DNA of 32,000 nt from an archaeon (GTDB taxonomy: Archaea; Iainarchaeota; Iainarchaeia; Iainarchaeales; JANQMZ01): contig JANQMZ010000007.1 in assembly GCA_028279805.1 (NCBI GenBank), forward strand, positions 360,001-392,000. The letters run 5' to 3'. Numbering within the stretch: the stretch's first letter is position 1; the number at the start of each line of letters is the position of its first letter. Made by a program: the position numbers and the translations under genes. The notes beneath the pieces were generated by a model. That model saw only the letters and a list, made by a program, of their open reading frames with translations. It was not told the origin of the DNA and made no database searches. Positions 1 through 10,400 of the stretch are shown piece after piece.

Positions 1-20
1 AAAAAATTTCACTGGCTAAC

Positions 21-3000
21 GTGGAATTGGTTGTGGACGGGGAAATTTTTTCTTCAGGAACAACAGATGAATCCGGAAATGTTTTATTGGTTGCACCTTC
101 GGAAAAAAATTTTTCAATACAGGTTTCAAAAGCCGGGTTTGAAGACAAAACTTTGAGAGGCTTACTGTCAGATGGAAGCACTGTTGATGTTGAATTGCTG
201 GAAAAAATTGGAAGCAGAATAATTTCATTCAAGGACGATGAAACCGGTGCATTAATTGAACAGGATTTGGTTGTAACTTTTTATTGTTCTGATTCTGATT
301 TTGAAACAACACGTGTTTTAAGTGACGGAACAATTGAACTTGAAAATGTTCCGGGGGATTGTGGCACACTGACTTTCAGGCAGATTGAAGGATTTGAATC
401 TGGAACAACCTCAATTAATGTTAATGAAGCTGAATCTGAAATTGTTTTAAAAAATCTGGGCAGTACCGGAATTGCTGATGTAATAGTTACAGGTGAAGAT
501 GGCTTGCCTGTTTTCGGGGCAACAGTTTCTCTGATGAGTACACAGGGAACAAAAAACGAGGAAGATGACATTGTGGAACAGGTAAGCGAAACAACACAGG
601 CAGGGATTGCTTCATTTGAGTCTGTGCCTTTGTCAGATTATTATGTGATTGTGGCAGACGATGAACATGAACAAAAGAAAAGCGAGATTCAGAGCCTTTC
701 ATTTGAAGCTTTAACGTTTAGTGTTTCTCTTGAAAAAACAAGTTCGGGAATTGTAAAAGTCAGAGTTAAAAATGCACAGAATGAATTGTTAAAAGATGCG
801 CAGGTTAAACTTGTAAAAGAAGATGTGGAACATGATTCAGGCTTTACTGATGAATCTGGTACAGTGGAATTAAGGGTTAATGCTTCTTTGAATTATAATT
901 TGATTGTTTCAAAGCAGGGATTTGCCGAGGCAAAAGTTTCAAATGTTTCAGTCGGGGAAGAATTTTATGAAATTAGTTTAACAAAAGCAACAGCTTCAAA
1001 CACTGCCAATCTGGTTGTAAAAGTTATTGATTCAGAATCAGATCCGGTGGAAAACGCAAAAATTTTGTTAAAATATGCGGATGGTGAAACCGCCGGAGAG
1101 CCTGTTATAACGGGAATTAAGGGAAAGGCAGAGTTTTTTGACGTGGCTCCGGGAAGATATTATGTTCACGCGGTAAAAGAAGGATTTGAAGGGGTAACCA
1201 CAAACGAGTTTTCCTTAAATGCAGGGCAACAGAAAACTGAAACATTTCAGTTAAAACTGGGTTTCGGGCAGATTGATGTAATTGTTTTAAACGATGACGG
1301 GGAAAAAATAAGCGGAGCAACAGTTAAAGCTTATGATTTTTATTCACAGCAACTGTTAGACGAAAAACTTGGAAGCGAGGGAACAGCATCCTTTAATTTA
1401 AGAGTTGACAGGCTGCCTTTTTTTGTTATAACCCATCCTGATTATTCTTCTTTTACAAGTGCAACATTAAAACCTGTTAAAGGATTAACACAGCAGAAAA
1501 AAGTTGAACTTGTAAAAAATGTTTCAGCATTAAAAGCAGAATTTTTAGGATTGTTTTTGAATGAACAAACTGAAAAATCCTTAAACCCGGGAACAAAATA
1601 CACTGCAAAAATGAGATTGCTTGTTCCTGAAACAAAAACATATTCAAAAGTCGGATTCTTTTTAAGAACAGGGGAAGGAGTTCTGAACAAAACAAACAAA
1701 ATGGAAGAAGACTCGGTTTTTATTAAAAATGTTAAAACGTCGGCAGACAGTTTGAGAAAAGGAATGTCTTATACGCCCAACAAAGGTTTTTCATCTGATG
1801 CTAAAAATTTAACATCAGGCAATGCAAAATGGGTTCAGATGGAATGGGAAATTCAGGGATTACTACCAAAAACAGGAGTGTTTGAAGTTGAAGCAGAAAT
1901 ACAGGTAAAAAGTGAGGCAAGCATAGGCGATTCCGCAAAAATTTCTTACAGAGGTTTCGGAATTTCAGGGAATACAATTGAAAGAAATCCTGTTGACAAT
2001 GAACTTGGCACAAACCTGAATTCATCTTCAAAAAATGGCTTGTATGCAAATTCAGGAGAATTATTTGCAACAATCGGGCCAAGCAATTTATGCTTTGAAG
2101 GATTCTGCAAGACTTTTGCAGTTGAAGATTTAACCCAGAATATCAGGACAAGCATTATAACAGATTATCCGGCTCAAATGGAAAATTCTTACAAATTATT
2201 TTTCACAATAAACAAAGATTCGCCTATAACAAAAACAAATTCTTTTATTTTGATTAAAAATGAAACAGCTTCACTGTTATTCAAAGATTACCAGATAACA
2301 GATGCCGCAGGGCAAACTTTTAACGGGAATGCGGATGGATATGAAGTGTCAAGAAACATTGGCTCATTGCAGGAAGGAAGTACAATTTCAGGGAACGTTG
2401 TGTTTGAACCGCAGATTCCTGGAAGAAATTTAATTAACATATCCGTTATATCGGAAAATCAGGTAATAGCAACCAAAAACTTATACATAATCGTTGAAGC
2501 CCCGAAAGTCCTGCATTTGGATATTATTCCAAAAACAATTGCTCCGATGATTGACAATTCTTTGATGTTTAAGGTGACAGATGAATCCGGAAAAAATGTT
2601 TCAAATGCAACAATTTCCCTGCTTTTGAATGATGTTCTGATTAAAGACGGAAAAACAAATTCTGACGGAGTTATGACCCATGTTTTAAGAGCACCTAGAA
2701 CCGGTTCTGAATTAAAGGCTGTTGTAAGAAAAAACGGTTATAAAACTTTGGAGAAAATTGTAACAGTTGATGACAGCATTTTTACACTAAGCCCTGAAGA
2801 GCTGAATATTGATTTGAAAATAAGCAGCGGGGAACAAAGGGATGTTGAAATGCTTTTGAACAATTTGCTTCCGGCTGAACTTGAAATAACAGATGCAAGA
2901 GTTTCAGACAATTTATCCGGACTGATTCAGGTTAACGGGTTGGATGCATTGCTTGGGGAAACTGTTGAAACAAGTTCCTCAAAACCTTTCACTATTTCAG

Positions 3001-6000
3001 TTTCCTTAACTGATTCAGGAAAACTTGTTGAAGAAACAAAATTAATTGAGTCAATTTTAACATTTACTGTTGTCGCCAAAGACACTCAGATTCACTGGAA
3101 CAAGTCTGTGCCGCTGAACATAAGAATATTGCTTGGAAAAGAAGTTGATTTCAGAAACTGTTTGATTGTAAATCCGAAAGAATGGCGTATCAGTTCAGGC
3201 GGAGCAACAGAATCGGTTGAGCTTGATGTAAGAAATGACTGTAAAATTTCAGGAACCCCTGTTCCTTTGAAAAATTTGTCGGCAAAAATAGACTGGGGAA
3301 ACAAAAATGCACTGGGAGAATTTTCAGCAAGCGGTTCCGAAATAAGAAACATGACAATAGGAGAAGAATTTGGTTTGCTGAGTGAAACAATTTCATCCAA
3401 TTTTGATGAAACAATTACATTGACATTTTCACCTGACGCTTCAGTAAAAAGCGGCAGGGTCAATTCAAAAATTATTTTACAGGCAACTCATCTGACTCTT
3501 GCAGGAGAAGAAAAAATCAAGGCAGGCATTGAAACAGGAATAAATCTGAACAATTTATCAGAATGTGTTCAGGTTGAAGATAATGATATTGAAGTTGCAA
3601 CATGTGCTCCTGACACCGGGTTTGGAAATTATTCACAATACGGCTTTTACGACCCTTATGCAACGGGAATATGGGGACAGCCTTCTTTTGCACAGGCAGG
3701 CTATGGTTATGGAAATTATCCTGGAACGCTTTACCCTAGAACAAACCAGACAGGTGCATTTGGCTCTCCAAACAGCCAGTGGGCTTGCGGCGCTGAAGAA
3801 AAAGCAAAACTTGTTGTCAACAATTCCTGTTCTGATCCGGTTGAAATATTTTTGGATCCGGACGGAGGAGTTTCGTTGTCAAATGATTCAATTATTTTGA
3901 ATCCGAACAGGAGAACGGAGATAAGCGTTGAAGCGGGAACAATAACAGGATTATATGATGTGGCTGTTGAAGGAAGAATAGCGGGCTCTGACTCAGAACC
4001 TGAACAGATTGATGTTGCAACAATAAAAGTTGCAAGAATTGAAGATTTGCAGAATCAATGCAGGCCTGTTGTGGAACCTACAAATTTAAGAGTGCCTTTT
4101 ATCGGTTCAAGTGAAACCGAATTAAAAATTACAAACAATTGTTTTGGACTGGGATACAGGCTTGACAGAATTAATGCTTCACATTTTAATTGCGGGGCTC
4201 CGCAGGGCTATGGTTTTACGGGAAGATGTGCATTGATTTCACATGCAATTTCAAGCCAGCCTTTACAGGTTGAAGACAACAAGGAAATAATGCATGTAAA
4301 AATTTTAATGAATCCGGGAGTCAGCCAGAATCTGGGGTCTGTGCAAAGACCTCAACCTTTCAGCAGGGGAAGCACATTGTATCCGAGATATGATGATGTT
4401 AGTGAGGGAGATGACATTTTTGACCCGTGGGTTTTAATTTTTGGTTCAACTCACAGCAGTGTTAAAAGTCAGGCTTTGTTGCAGGTTCCTATGATAACAC
4501 CAAGAGGAAAAAGAATGTTTGAAGAACAAATAACAATAACCAATCCTTTGGACTGGGTTGACATTGTTTTGAATTTGCCAGGTGAAGACGGAAAAGGAGA
4601 TGGAGGAGACATTCCTGTAAGGCCTCCTACACCGGGAGAACAATTACAGTTATGCAGTTCTGACCCGAATGATTCAGGAGCATTGACAGGAGAAAACGCA
4701 TTTGAATCATATGGTTTTGACAGGATTAAATTTGACTGGAGAAAAAATGAAATCGGTTTAAATGCATGTGCTGTTCAAGGGGACGGATTTTTCTGTGATT
4801 CAACGCAGTTTACTTTAATGGCTTCAAAATGGGTTAACGGTGTAAAAAATGAAATTAATTCATTTTTTGATTCTGTAAATCAGGGTTCGGTGCAGGCTGA
4901 CCTGATTCAGGAATTTGCTTCAGATGTTACAGGTGTGAAAGAATTTTACAGGTTGTCGTATGCTCAGGCAAAAATTGAAAATGATGCAGGGGGAACAACA
5001 GGAAACAAGGCAAATGTTCTTTCTGAAGAAAATTTTTATTTCTTTGTTAGCAAAGAAGGAGAATTGTTAAAAGCAAATGAGCTTATTGGAAAAGGAACTG
5101 AATGCAGGGCAAATGTTTCCGGAATTTTGAATAGTCAGATTGCCGAACCGTTTTTGGAGGATGATCAATTTGAATCGCTTTATGATGAAACCGGTTCAAT
5201 TGGAATTGACAAAAGGCTTGAAAACTGTTACGGTGAAAATTTTGGAGGAGAAGACAATACAAACAATGTTTTGATTTTATTGAATTCTTCGCTTGAAGAA
5301 AATGCTTTGTTTGAATTGTTTAAAGGTTTGGGAATAATTGAACAGTTTGATAATGGTTATGTCATGACATTTGATGAATATTATCATATGAGATTGCAGT
5401 TGATTAATGCTTTGACTGAGAATGGAGATTGTGGCCAGGAAAATGTTTGCAAGATTCAGTATAATGATAAAATTATTGAGGAAAGCTTTGAAGCATGGGC
5501 AGAATTTTTGGGATTACTGGTTGATGAAGAAAATGCAGAATTTGTTTTAGGGTTTACAAACAGTAAAGGTTTGAGTGACTCGGTTAAAATCAAAATTCTG
5601 GAAAACGGAAACAATCTGATGAACGGGGAAAGCATTGTGAATGATTTGGCTTCATCCGGAACAGCAAATGTTTACCTGATGGAAGATGGTTTTTCGGAAG
5701 ATTTCAGGGAAGATTTTGACAAAAAATACAGAGTGGGAATAAATGACTGGACTTTTTCTGTTTCAAACACTGATGAATTTTTGAATTCGGCAAAACTGCC
5801 TGTTGTTTTCGGAGCAGGAGAATATCTTGCAAGAATTAATATTCAAAATTTTTCAATTCCTGAAAACATTTTAACAAATTTGGGGGCAAGTGTTGACTTT
5901 GAAAATTCGGAAACAGTAATTGAACTTGCAAAACAAAAAAGGTTGATAGACATTGACATTGAAAATGAAGGAAAAGGCAATAAAACAAATTACAGTGAAA

Positions 6001-6848
6001 ATATGCTGTTAAAACTGCCTTTTGACGGAGATGTTGGATTTGAAGATGAAGGCGTTGGGGATAGAAAAGGATACGGAACAAGGCATTACAACAGGGGTTC
6101 GGAAGAATTTGAAGGATTATTTGTCGTAAATGAAAAGAATTCTGACAACAAGCTTGAACTCAAAAAAACAACAATTGGCTTGGAAGGAAAAAGGCTGGAA
6201 ACGGTTCTTGGAAAAAAAGCTGCAGATACGCAGAGAGGAATTTTGTTTCACATTGAAGGAACAAAATATTCATACACGCCATCCGTTCCGCTAAAAATTT
6301 TAATGAATCTGGAAAAAGGCGAAAGAAATGTTTATTATGGTTTTTTGAAATCAGTTGACGGTTCACCTGAACCATTACAATTTGTTTCAAAAGAAGATTA
6401 TGGAAATACAGAGCATTTGATTGAATGGAAAATAAATGAAACAGATGAACAAACACAGTCAGATTTTATTGAAACAGAATTTAATGACAGTCAAACATGC
6501 AACGGATGGGAAAATAAAACAGATATTGCAAGGCTTTCATTTGAACAGGCATTGCCGGAAAACAAAACAATAACTTCAACATCATTTTTTCCTGAAAACA
6601 CAAAGTTTGCAAGATTGTGTTCTGCAAAACCTGCAACCATTCAGGTTACAAAAAGAAAAGACGGTTTGAATGAAGGAGTTGGACAGGGCATAACAATAAG
6701 AGAGCTTGAAAGTGAAACAATAAACGGAGTTAACTTTGAAGGGGACTCTGTTGCAAGGTTTGTAAATGAAATAAGAAAAGGAGATGTTTGCTTCAAATCA
6801 TCCCAGGTTTCACTTGAATTGAAATGGAACCCTAACCTGTTTAATTAG
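21..6848 (+). CDS. Giant surface/extracellular protein, copy 1 (>=2275 aa, 5' end open at the window edge), with multiple Ig-like/carboxypeptidase-regulatory-like repeats
   Basis: One uninterrupted ORF. The frame stays open upstream to base 3 (K I S L A N V E L V V D...), so the GTG at 21 is probably internal. Repeats have the pattern 'V.D..G.PV.GA.V......TDE.G...F..V....Y.V'. It shares C-terminal motifs with the next two giant ORFs. Confidence 0.9.
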   Translation: MELVVDGEIFSSGTTDESGNVLLVAPSEKNFSIQVSKAGFEDKTLRGLLSDGSTVDVELLEKIGSRIISFKDDETGALIEQDLVVTFYCSDSDFETTRVLSDGTIELENVPGDCGTLTFRQIEGFESGTTSINVNEAESEIVLKNLGSTGIADVIVTGEDGLPVFGATVSLMSTQGTKNEEDDIVEQVSETTQAGIASFESVPLSDYYVIVADDEHEQKKSEIQSLSFEALTFSVSLEKTSSGIVKVRVKNAQNELLKDAQVKLVKEDVEHDSGFTDESGTVELRVNASLNYNLIVSKQGFAEAKVSNVSVGEEFYEISLTKATASNTANLVVKVIDSESDPVENAKILLKYADGETAGEPVITGIKGKAEFFDVAPGRYYVHAVKEGFEGVTTNEFSLNAGQQKTETFQLKLGFGQIDVIVLNDDGEKISGATVKAYDFYSQQLLDEKLGSEGTASFNLRVDRLPFFVITHPDYSSFTSATLKPVKGLTQQKKVELVKNVSALKAEFLGLFLNEQTEKSLNPGTKYTAKMRLLVPETKTYSKVGFFLRTGEGVLNKTNKMEEDSVFIKNVKTSADSLRKGMSYTPNKGFSSDAKNLTSGNAKWVQMEWEIQGLLPKTGVFEVEAEIQVKSEASIGDSAKISYRGFGISGNTIERNPVDNELGTNLNSSSKNGLYANSGELFATIGPSNLCFEGFCKTFAVEDLTQNIRTSIITDYPAQMENSYKLFFTINKDSPITKTNSFILIKNETASLLFKDYQITDAAGQTFNGNADGYEVSRNIGSLQEGSTISGNVVFEPQIPGRNLINISVISENQVIATKNLYIIVEAPKVLHLDIIPKTIAPMIDNSLMFKVTDESGKNVSNATISLLLNDVLIKDGKTNSDGVMTHVLRAPRTGSELKAVVRKNGYKTLEKIVTVDDSIFTLSPEELNIDLKISSGEQRDVEMLLNNLLPAELEITDARVSDNLSGLIQVNGLDALLGETVETSSSKPFTISVSLTDSGKLVEETKLIESILTFTVVAKDTQIHWNKSVPLNIRILLGKEVDFRNCLIVNPKEWRISSGGATESVELDVRNDCKISGTPVPLKNLSAKIDWGNKNALGEFSASGSEIRNMTIGEEFGLLSETISSNFDETITLTFSPDASVKSGRVNSKIILQATHLTLAGEEKIKAGIETGINLNNLSECVQVEDNDIEVATCAPDTGFGNYSQYGFYDPYATGIWGQPSFAQAGYGYGNYPGTLYPRTNQTGAFGSPNSQWACGAEEKAKLVVNNSCSDPVEIFLDPDGGVSLSNDSIILNPNRRTEISVEAGTITGLYDVAVEGRIAGSDSEPEQIDVATIKVARIEDLQNQCRPVVEPTNLRVPFIGSSETELKITNNCFGLGYRLDRINASHFNCGAPQGYGFTGRCALISHAISSQPLQVEDNKEIMHVKILMNPGVSQNLGSVQRPQPFSRGSTLYPRYDDVSEGDDIFDPWVLIFGSTHSSVKSQALLQVPMITPRGKRMFEEQITITNPLDWVDIVLNLPGEDGKGDGGDIPVRPPTPGEQLQLCSSDPNDSGALTGENAFESYGFDRIKFDWRKNEIGLNACAVQGDGFFCDSTQFTLMASKWVNGVKNEINSFFDSVNQGSVQADLIQEFASDVTGVKEFYRLSYAQAKIENDAGGTTGNKANVLSEENFYFFVSKEGELLKANELIGKGTECRANVSGILNSQIAEPFLEDDQFESLYDETGSIGIDKRLENCYGENFGGEDNTNNVLILLNSSLEENALFELFKGLGIIEQFDNGYVMTFDEYYHMRLQLINALTENGDCGQENVCKIQYNDKIIEESFEAWAEFLGLLVDEENAEFVLGFTNSKGLSDSVKIKILENGNNLMNGESIVNDLASSGTANVYLMEDGFSEDFREDFDKKYRVGINDWTFSVSNTDEFLNSAKLPVVFGAGEYLARINIQNFSIPENILTNLGASVDFENSETVIELAKQKRLIDIDIENEGKGNKTNYSENMLLKLPFDGDVGFEDEGVGDRKGYGTRHYNRGSEEFEGLFVVNEKNSDNKLELKKTTIGLEGKRLETVLGKKAADTQRGILFHIEGTKYSYTPSVPLKILMNLEKGERNVYYGFLKSVDGSPEPLQFVSKEDYGNTEHLIEWKINETDEQTQSDFIETEFNDSQTCNGWENKTDIARLSFEQALPENKTITSTSFFPENTKFARLCSAKPATIQVTKRKDGLNEGVGQGITIRELESETINGVNFEGDSVARFVNEIRKGDVCFKSSQVSLELKWNPNLFN

Positions 6849-6858
6849 TTTAACAAAA

Positions 6859-7323
6859 TTGTTGATTTTTGTGGCAGAAGAAAAATTTTTAGGGATTGGT
6901 TTAAGACTAATTATTTTAATTCTGCTAAATTTTGTTTTTTTTGGCGGCGGAATATTTTTAGCAGAGCAAATTGGCACAATTTACAACATAAGCCTGGTTG
7001 AATATGCTTTACTTGTGCTGGCAGTGTTTGTTTTTTCACTGCCTTTCTTCGGATATTTAAGCCCTTTAATTTTTGCAGGCACAGGTTACCTGCTGGGATT
7101 ACAGATTTTAAAAGAACCATTGCTTGGATTAACATTGGTGCCTTTAATTTTTTCCTCAACAGGCGGATTAATTCTTGCCCAAAATTTGCTTTCAAATATT
7201 AAAAAAAATGAGCCTGTTGAAAAAAAAAGAATTTCAATAATTTTTCTCGTGCTTGCTTTTTTAATGGTTTTAGGAATAAAATGGTTCCTTGTATCACAGG
7301 GAAAAGCAACTCTTTTAAACTAA
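6859..7323 (+). CDS. Small polytopic membrane protein, function unknown; the true start may be GTG at 6871 (MAEEKFLGIG...)
   Basis: ORF of ~154 aa with about 5 hydrophobic segments and a basic tail, 10 nt after the giant ORF stop, same strand. Confidence 0.75.
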   Translation: MLIFVAEEKFLGIGLRLIILILLNFVFFGGGIFLAEQIGTIYNISLVEYALLVLAVFVFSLPFFGYLSPLIFAGTGYLLGLQILKEPLLGLTLVPLIFSSTGGLILAQNLLSNIKKNEPVEKKRISIIFLVLAFLMVLGIKWFLVSQGKATLLN

Positions 7324-7353
7324 AAAATGCTAATAAAAAGCATTTTATATAAC
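7324..7353 (+). promoter_or_regulatory. Probable archaeal promoter (TTTTATATAAC) overlapping a small inverted repeat, upstream of giant copy 2
   Basis: AAAATGCT (7324-7331), 7-nt loop, AGCATTTT (7339-7346), followed by TTTTATATA (7343-7351). It lies in the 82-nt gap before the ATG at 7406, which has an SD-like GAGGT about 9 nt upstream. Confidence 0.4.
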
Positions 7354-7405
7354 AAAAAACAATAAATTATAAGAAAAGTAATTAATTAATGAGAGGTAAT
7401 TAAGA

Positions 7406-10400
7406 ATGGGGCTTGCTGACGGATTTAAAGACCTCTACTACAAATGGGAAGACAAATGGTATGGTTTTCTTGACAAAGTTCAGGAAAGAATTCCGGTATA
7501 CAAAGTAATTGACCCCATTGACAAAGTTGTTCCAAGTTTTGCGTTATTTTCAGGCATAATTTTAATATTGGTAGGCTGGGGATTGTTTGCACTTGTTTTT
7601 GGAACAATTCAGCAATCTGTTTTTTCGGTTCAAATTGTTGACGCAGACGGACAACCGGTTGAAGGAATAAATGTCAGCTTTTCCTATAATGAAACAACGG
7701 ATACGTTCCCCACAAACCAAAGCGGTTCAACTGCGCCCGTAACCGTAACACCGGGAACAAATGTAACGGTTAGCTTTTTTGCATCAGGTTTTGGAGAGAT
7801 TGAAAAAAATTATACAACTGAAGGCGGATTGGACAGACGAAGAATTCCTTTAACTGAAAGGGATGCAGGTCAAAGAGTTTACAGGTTTCAGGTACTGGAT
7901 TCTTTAAACAGGCCGGTGGACACTTCAGTCAGACTGGAATTTGACTGTTCAAATGCATCGGCAACAGCACCCGATGACCAGACTGTTTTTGAATCAAATG
8001 TTGAGGTGCCTGTTCCAAATGACTGCGGGCAGTTAAGCGTGAAAGCTTACGCTTCAGGTTATGATTCGGGCTCAAGACAGAATGTTTCAGACGGCGGGCA
8101 GATTTTGCTGGCAGGAGAAGAAACAGGATTACTTCCGGCCGGTTCAGGAGAATTAAATGTTAATCTTACTTTTAACAGTTTAAGAGTTCTGGATTTGGTA
8201 AATGTACAGGTTTACAAATCCACATTAGGTGAAGGGGTAAAATATGACAGCGGAACATCTGTTTCAGGAGAAATTAATTTTGTTCTGCCGGCAGGAAATT
8301 ATTATATTGTAACAGATGCAACAACAAAATATGCATCAGCAAGAACTCTGGCTTTTTTGGTGCAGGAAGGGCAGACAATATCGGTTGATGTTGCATTAAG
8401 CGGTAGTGTTGACGGTTTTATTAAAGTAAAGCCTGTTGACAAAATATCAGGAGCAGAACTTGATGATACAGGAATTACCGTTAAAAAAGACGGGCAGGAA
8501 GTTTGTTTTGTCACGACAACCGAACAGGATTCAACTGTTCAATGTGGCGGAAAAGAAAGTGAAGAATACACTTTAATCGGATACAAAGAGGGTTACTGCA
8601 GGGAAGTTAAGGAAAATGTTTTGATCTCCGATAATGTTATAACACTGAAAATGACAAGAGACACAGGCCAATGCGGAGGAAAACTTCAGGCAGTTGTAAA
8701 AGATCAGGATGGAAATCCTGTTGCAGATGCAAAAGTTTCATTGTTTGATGATGAAAGAAAATCTTTGGGATTTTTGGAAAGAATTACGAATAGCGAGGGT
8801 GAAGCTGTTTTTTCAGGTGTTCAAACCGGTTCATATAAAGTGTTTGCATACAAGGGACAGTTTTCAGGATGGTCCGATGCTCAAAGATTTGTAAGAGATT
8901 TTGATGATGAAACTTTGTACGAGGTTTCAATGTTAATCCCTGACGGAACAATCAGGGTTGTTGTAAAAAATGAGGACGGGGAACCGGAACAGTTTTCAAC
9001 AGTTTTGCTTGTTGACGGAATAACATGGAAAGCAGTTGAAGGGCCTTTGCCTGTGACAAGTCCTGACGGTGTTTTAGATATTGTTACAAAAGCGGATAAA
9101 GATGTTTTTGCTGTTGTAACCAAAAACGATTTTGCTGATTTTACTTCAAGAGTTTATAATGTTAAGCCTGAATCTGTTCAGGAAATTAATGTAACGCTTG
9201 AGCCTGAAATCATTTCAGGGGATTTGGATGTAAAATTTTTGGGATTGTTTAAAGGGGATTTGATTGCACAGGTTGTACAGCCCGGAAAAGAATATGCTGC
9301 AAGGTTTCAGTTAAGAATTCCGGAAAACAAAGGGTATGATGAATTAGGGCTTCATGTGAGAACAGGGCACTCGAATGCAATGGAAACAGATGAATGGTTT
9401 ATTAAGAAATTAAATGCTCCTGAAGCATCTGATGAGAGGTCAACAGCGTTTAATCCTGAGGAAGGGCAGGAACATGATGAAGAATTTGTAAGCAGGGCAG
9501 GTTCAAAATGGGTTAACATTTTATGGCATGATTTTGACAACAGGACAGGCATAATTGAATCAGAGGTTATTGTAAAAGTTAAGGAAAATGCAGGAGAAGA
9601 ACCGTTTTTGCCTTTAAGATGGAGAGCATGGGGTGAAGATGGCGGGGAAATAATAAGGAGTCCCAAAGACAATTCACTTGGAACGTCAAGTTCAGCCAGT
9701 GATTTGTATGCTAACACCAACGGAGAAGAATTTGAAGTTGGCTCTGAAACATTATGCTCTGATGTGTGGTGTTTTAATGCAAATATTTTAGATGTTTCTG
9801 AAAATTTGGTTGAAACGGTTTCAGATTCGTATACGGCAAAGCATAACACTTTGTACAAATTAACTTTTTCAGTTTTAAACAATTCACAGTTTGACACTGA
9901 TTCATTTAATGATGCGCAACTCCAGATAATTAATGATGATGAAGCAATATTGATAGGAGAATATTCTGTTACAGGAGCAGACGGTTCTACAATCACAAAC
10001 GATTTAAGCGATTATGAAACTCCTTTGATTAATGCCGGGGATGTAAAACCAAGAAAAGATGTTTCCGGTTATTTTTTCTTCAAACCGGAATTGTCAGTAA
10101 ACTCTGATCTGGTTTTACAGGTCAGGTCGGGAAACAGGATAAGATTTGAAAAAACAATAACTGTTGACATACTTGCCCCAAATTCCTTTAATATGGAATT
10201 TGAACATGATGACAAGTTTTCACAGCAGCCTCCGATTTTAAAAAGCGGAATTGAACAAAATTTGAGAGTCAGGGCTTCAGATGCGGCAAACGGAGAATTT
10301 GTCCAGAATGCTGATATTAAGGCCAAAAACAGGTTCGGAGATGTTTTGGTTACAGCAACAACAAATGAACTGGGAATAGGAGTATTATCATTGCCTGCAT

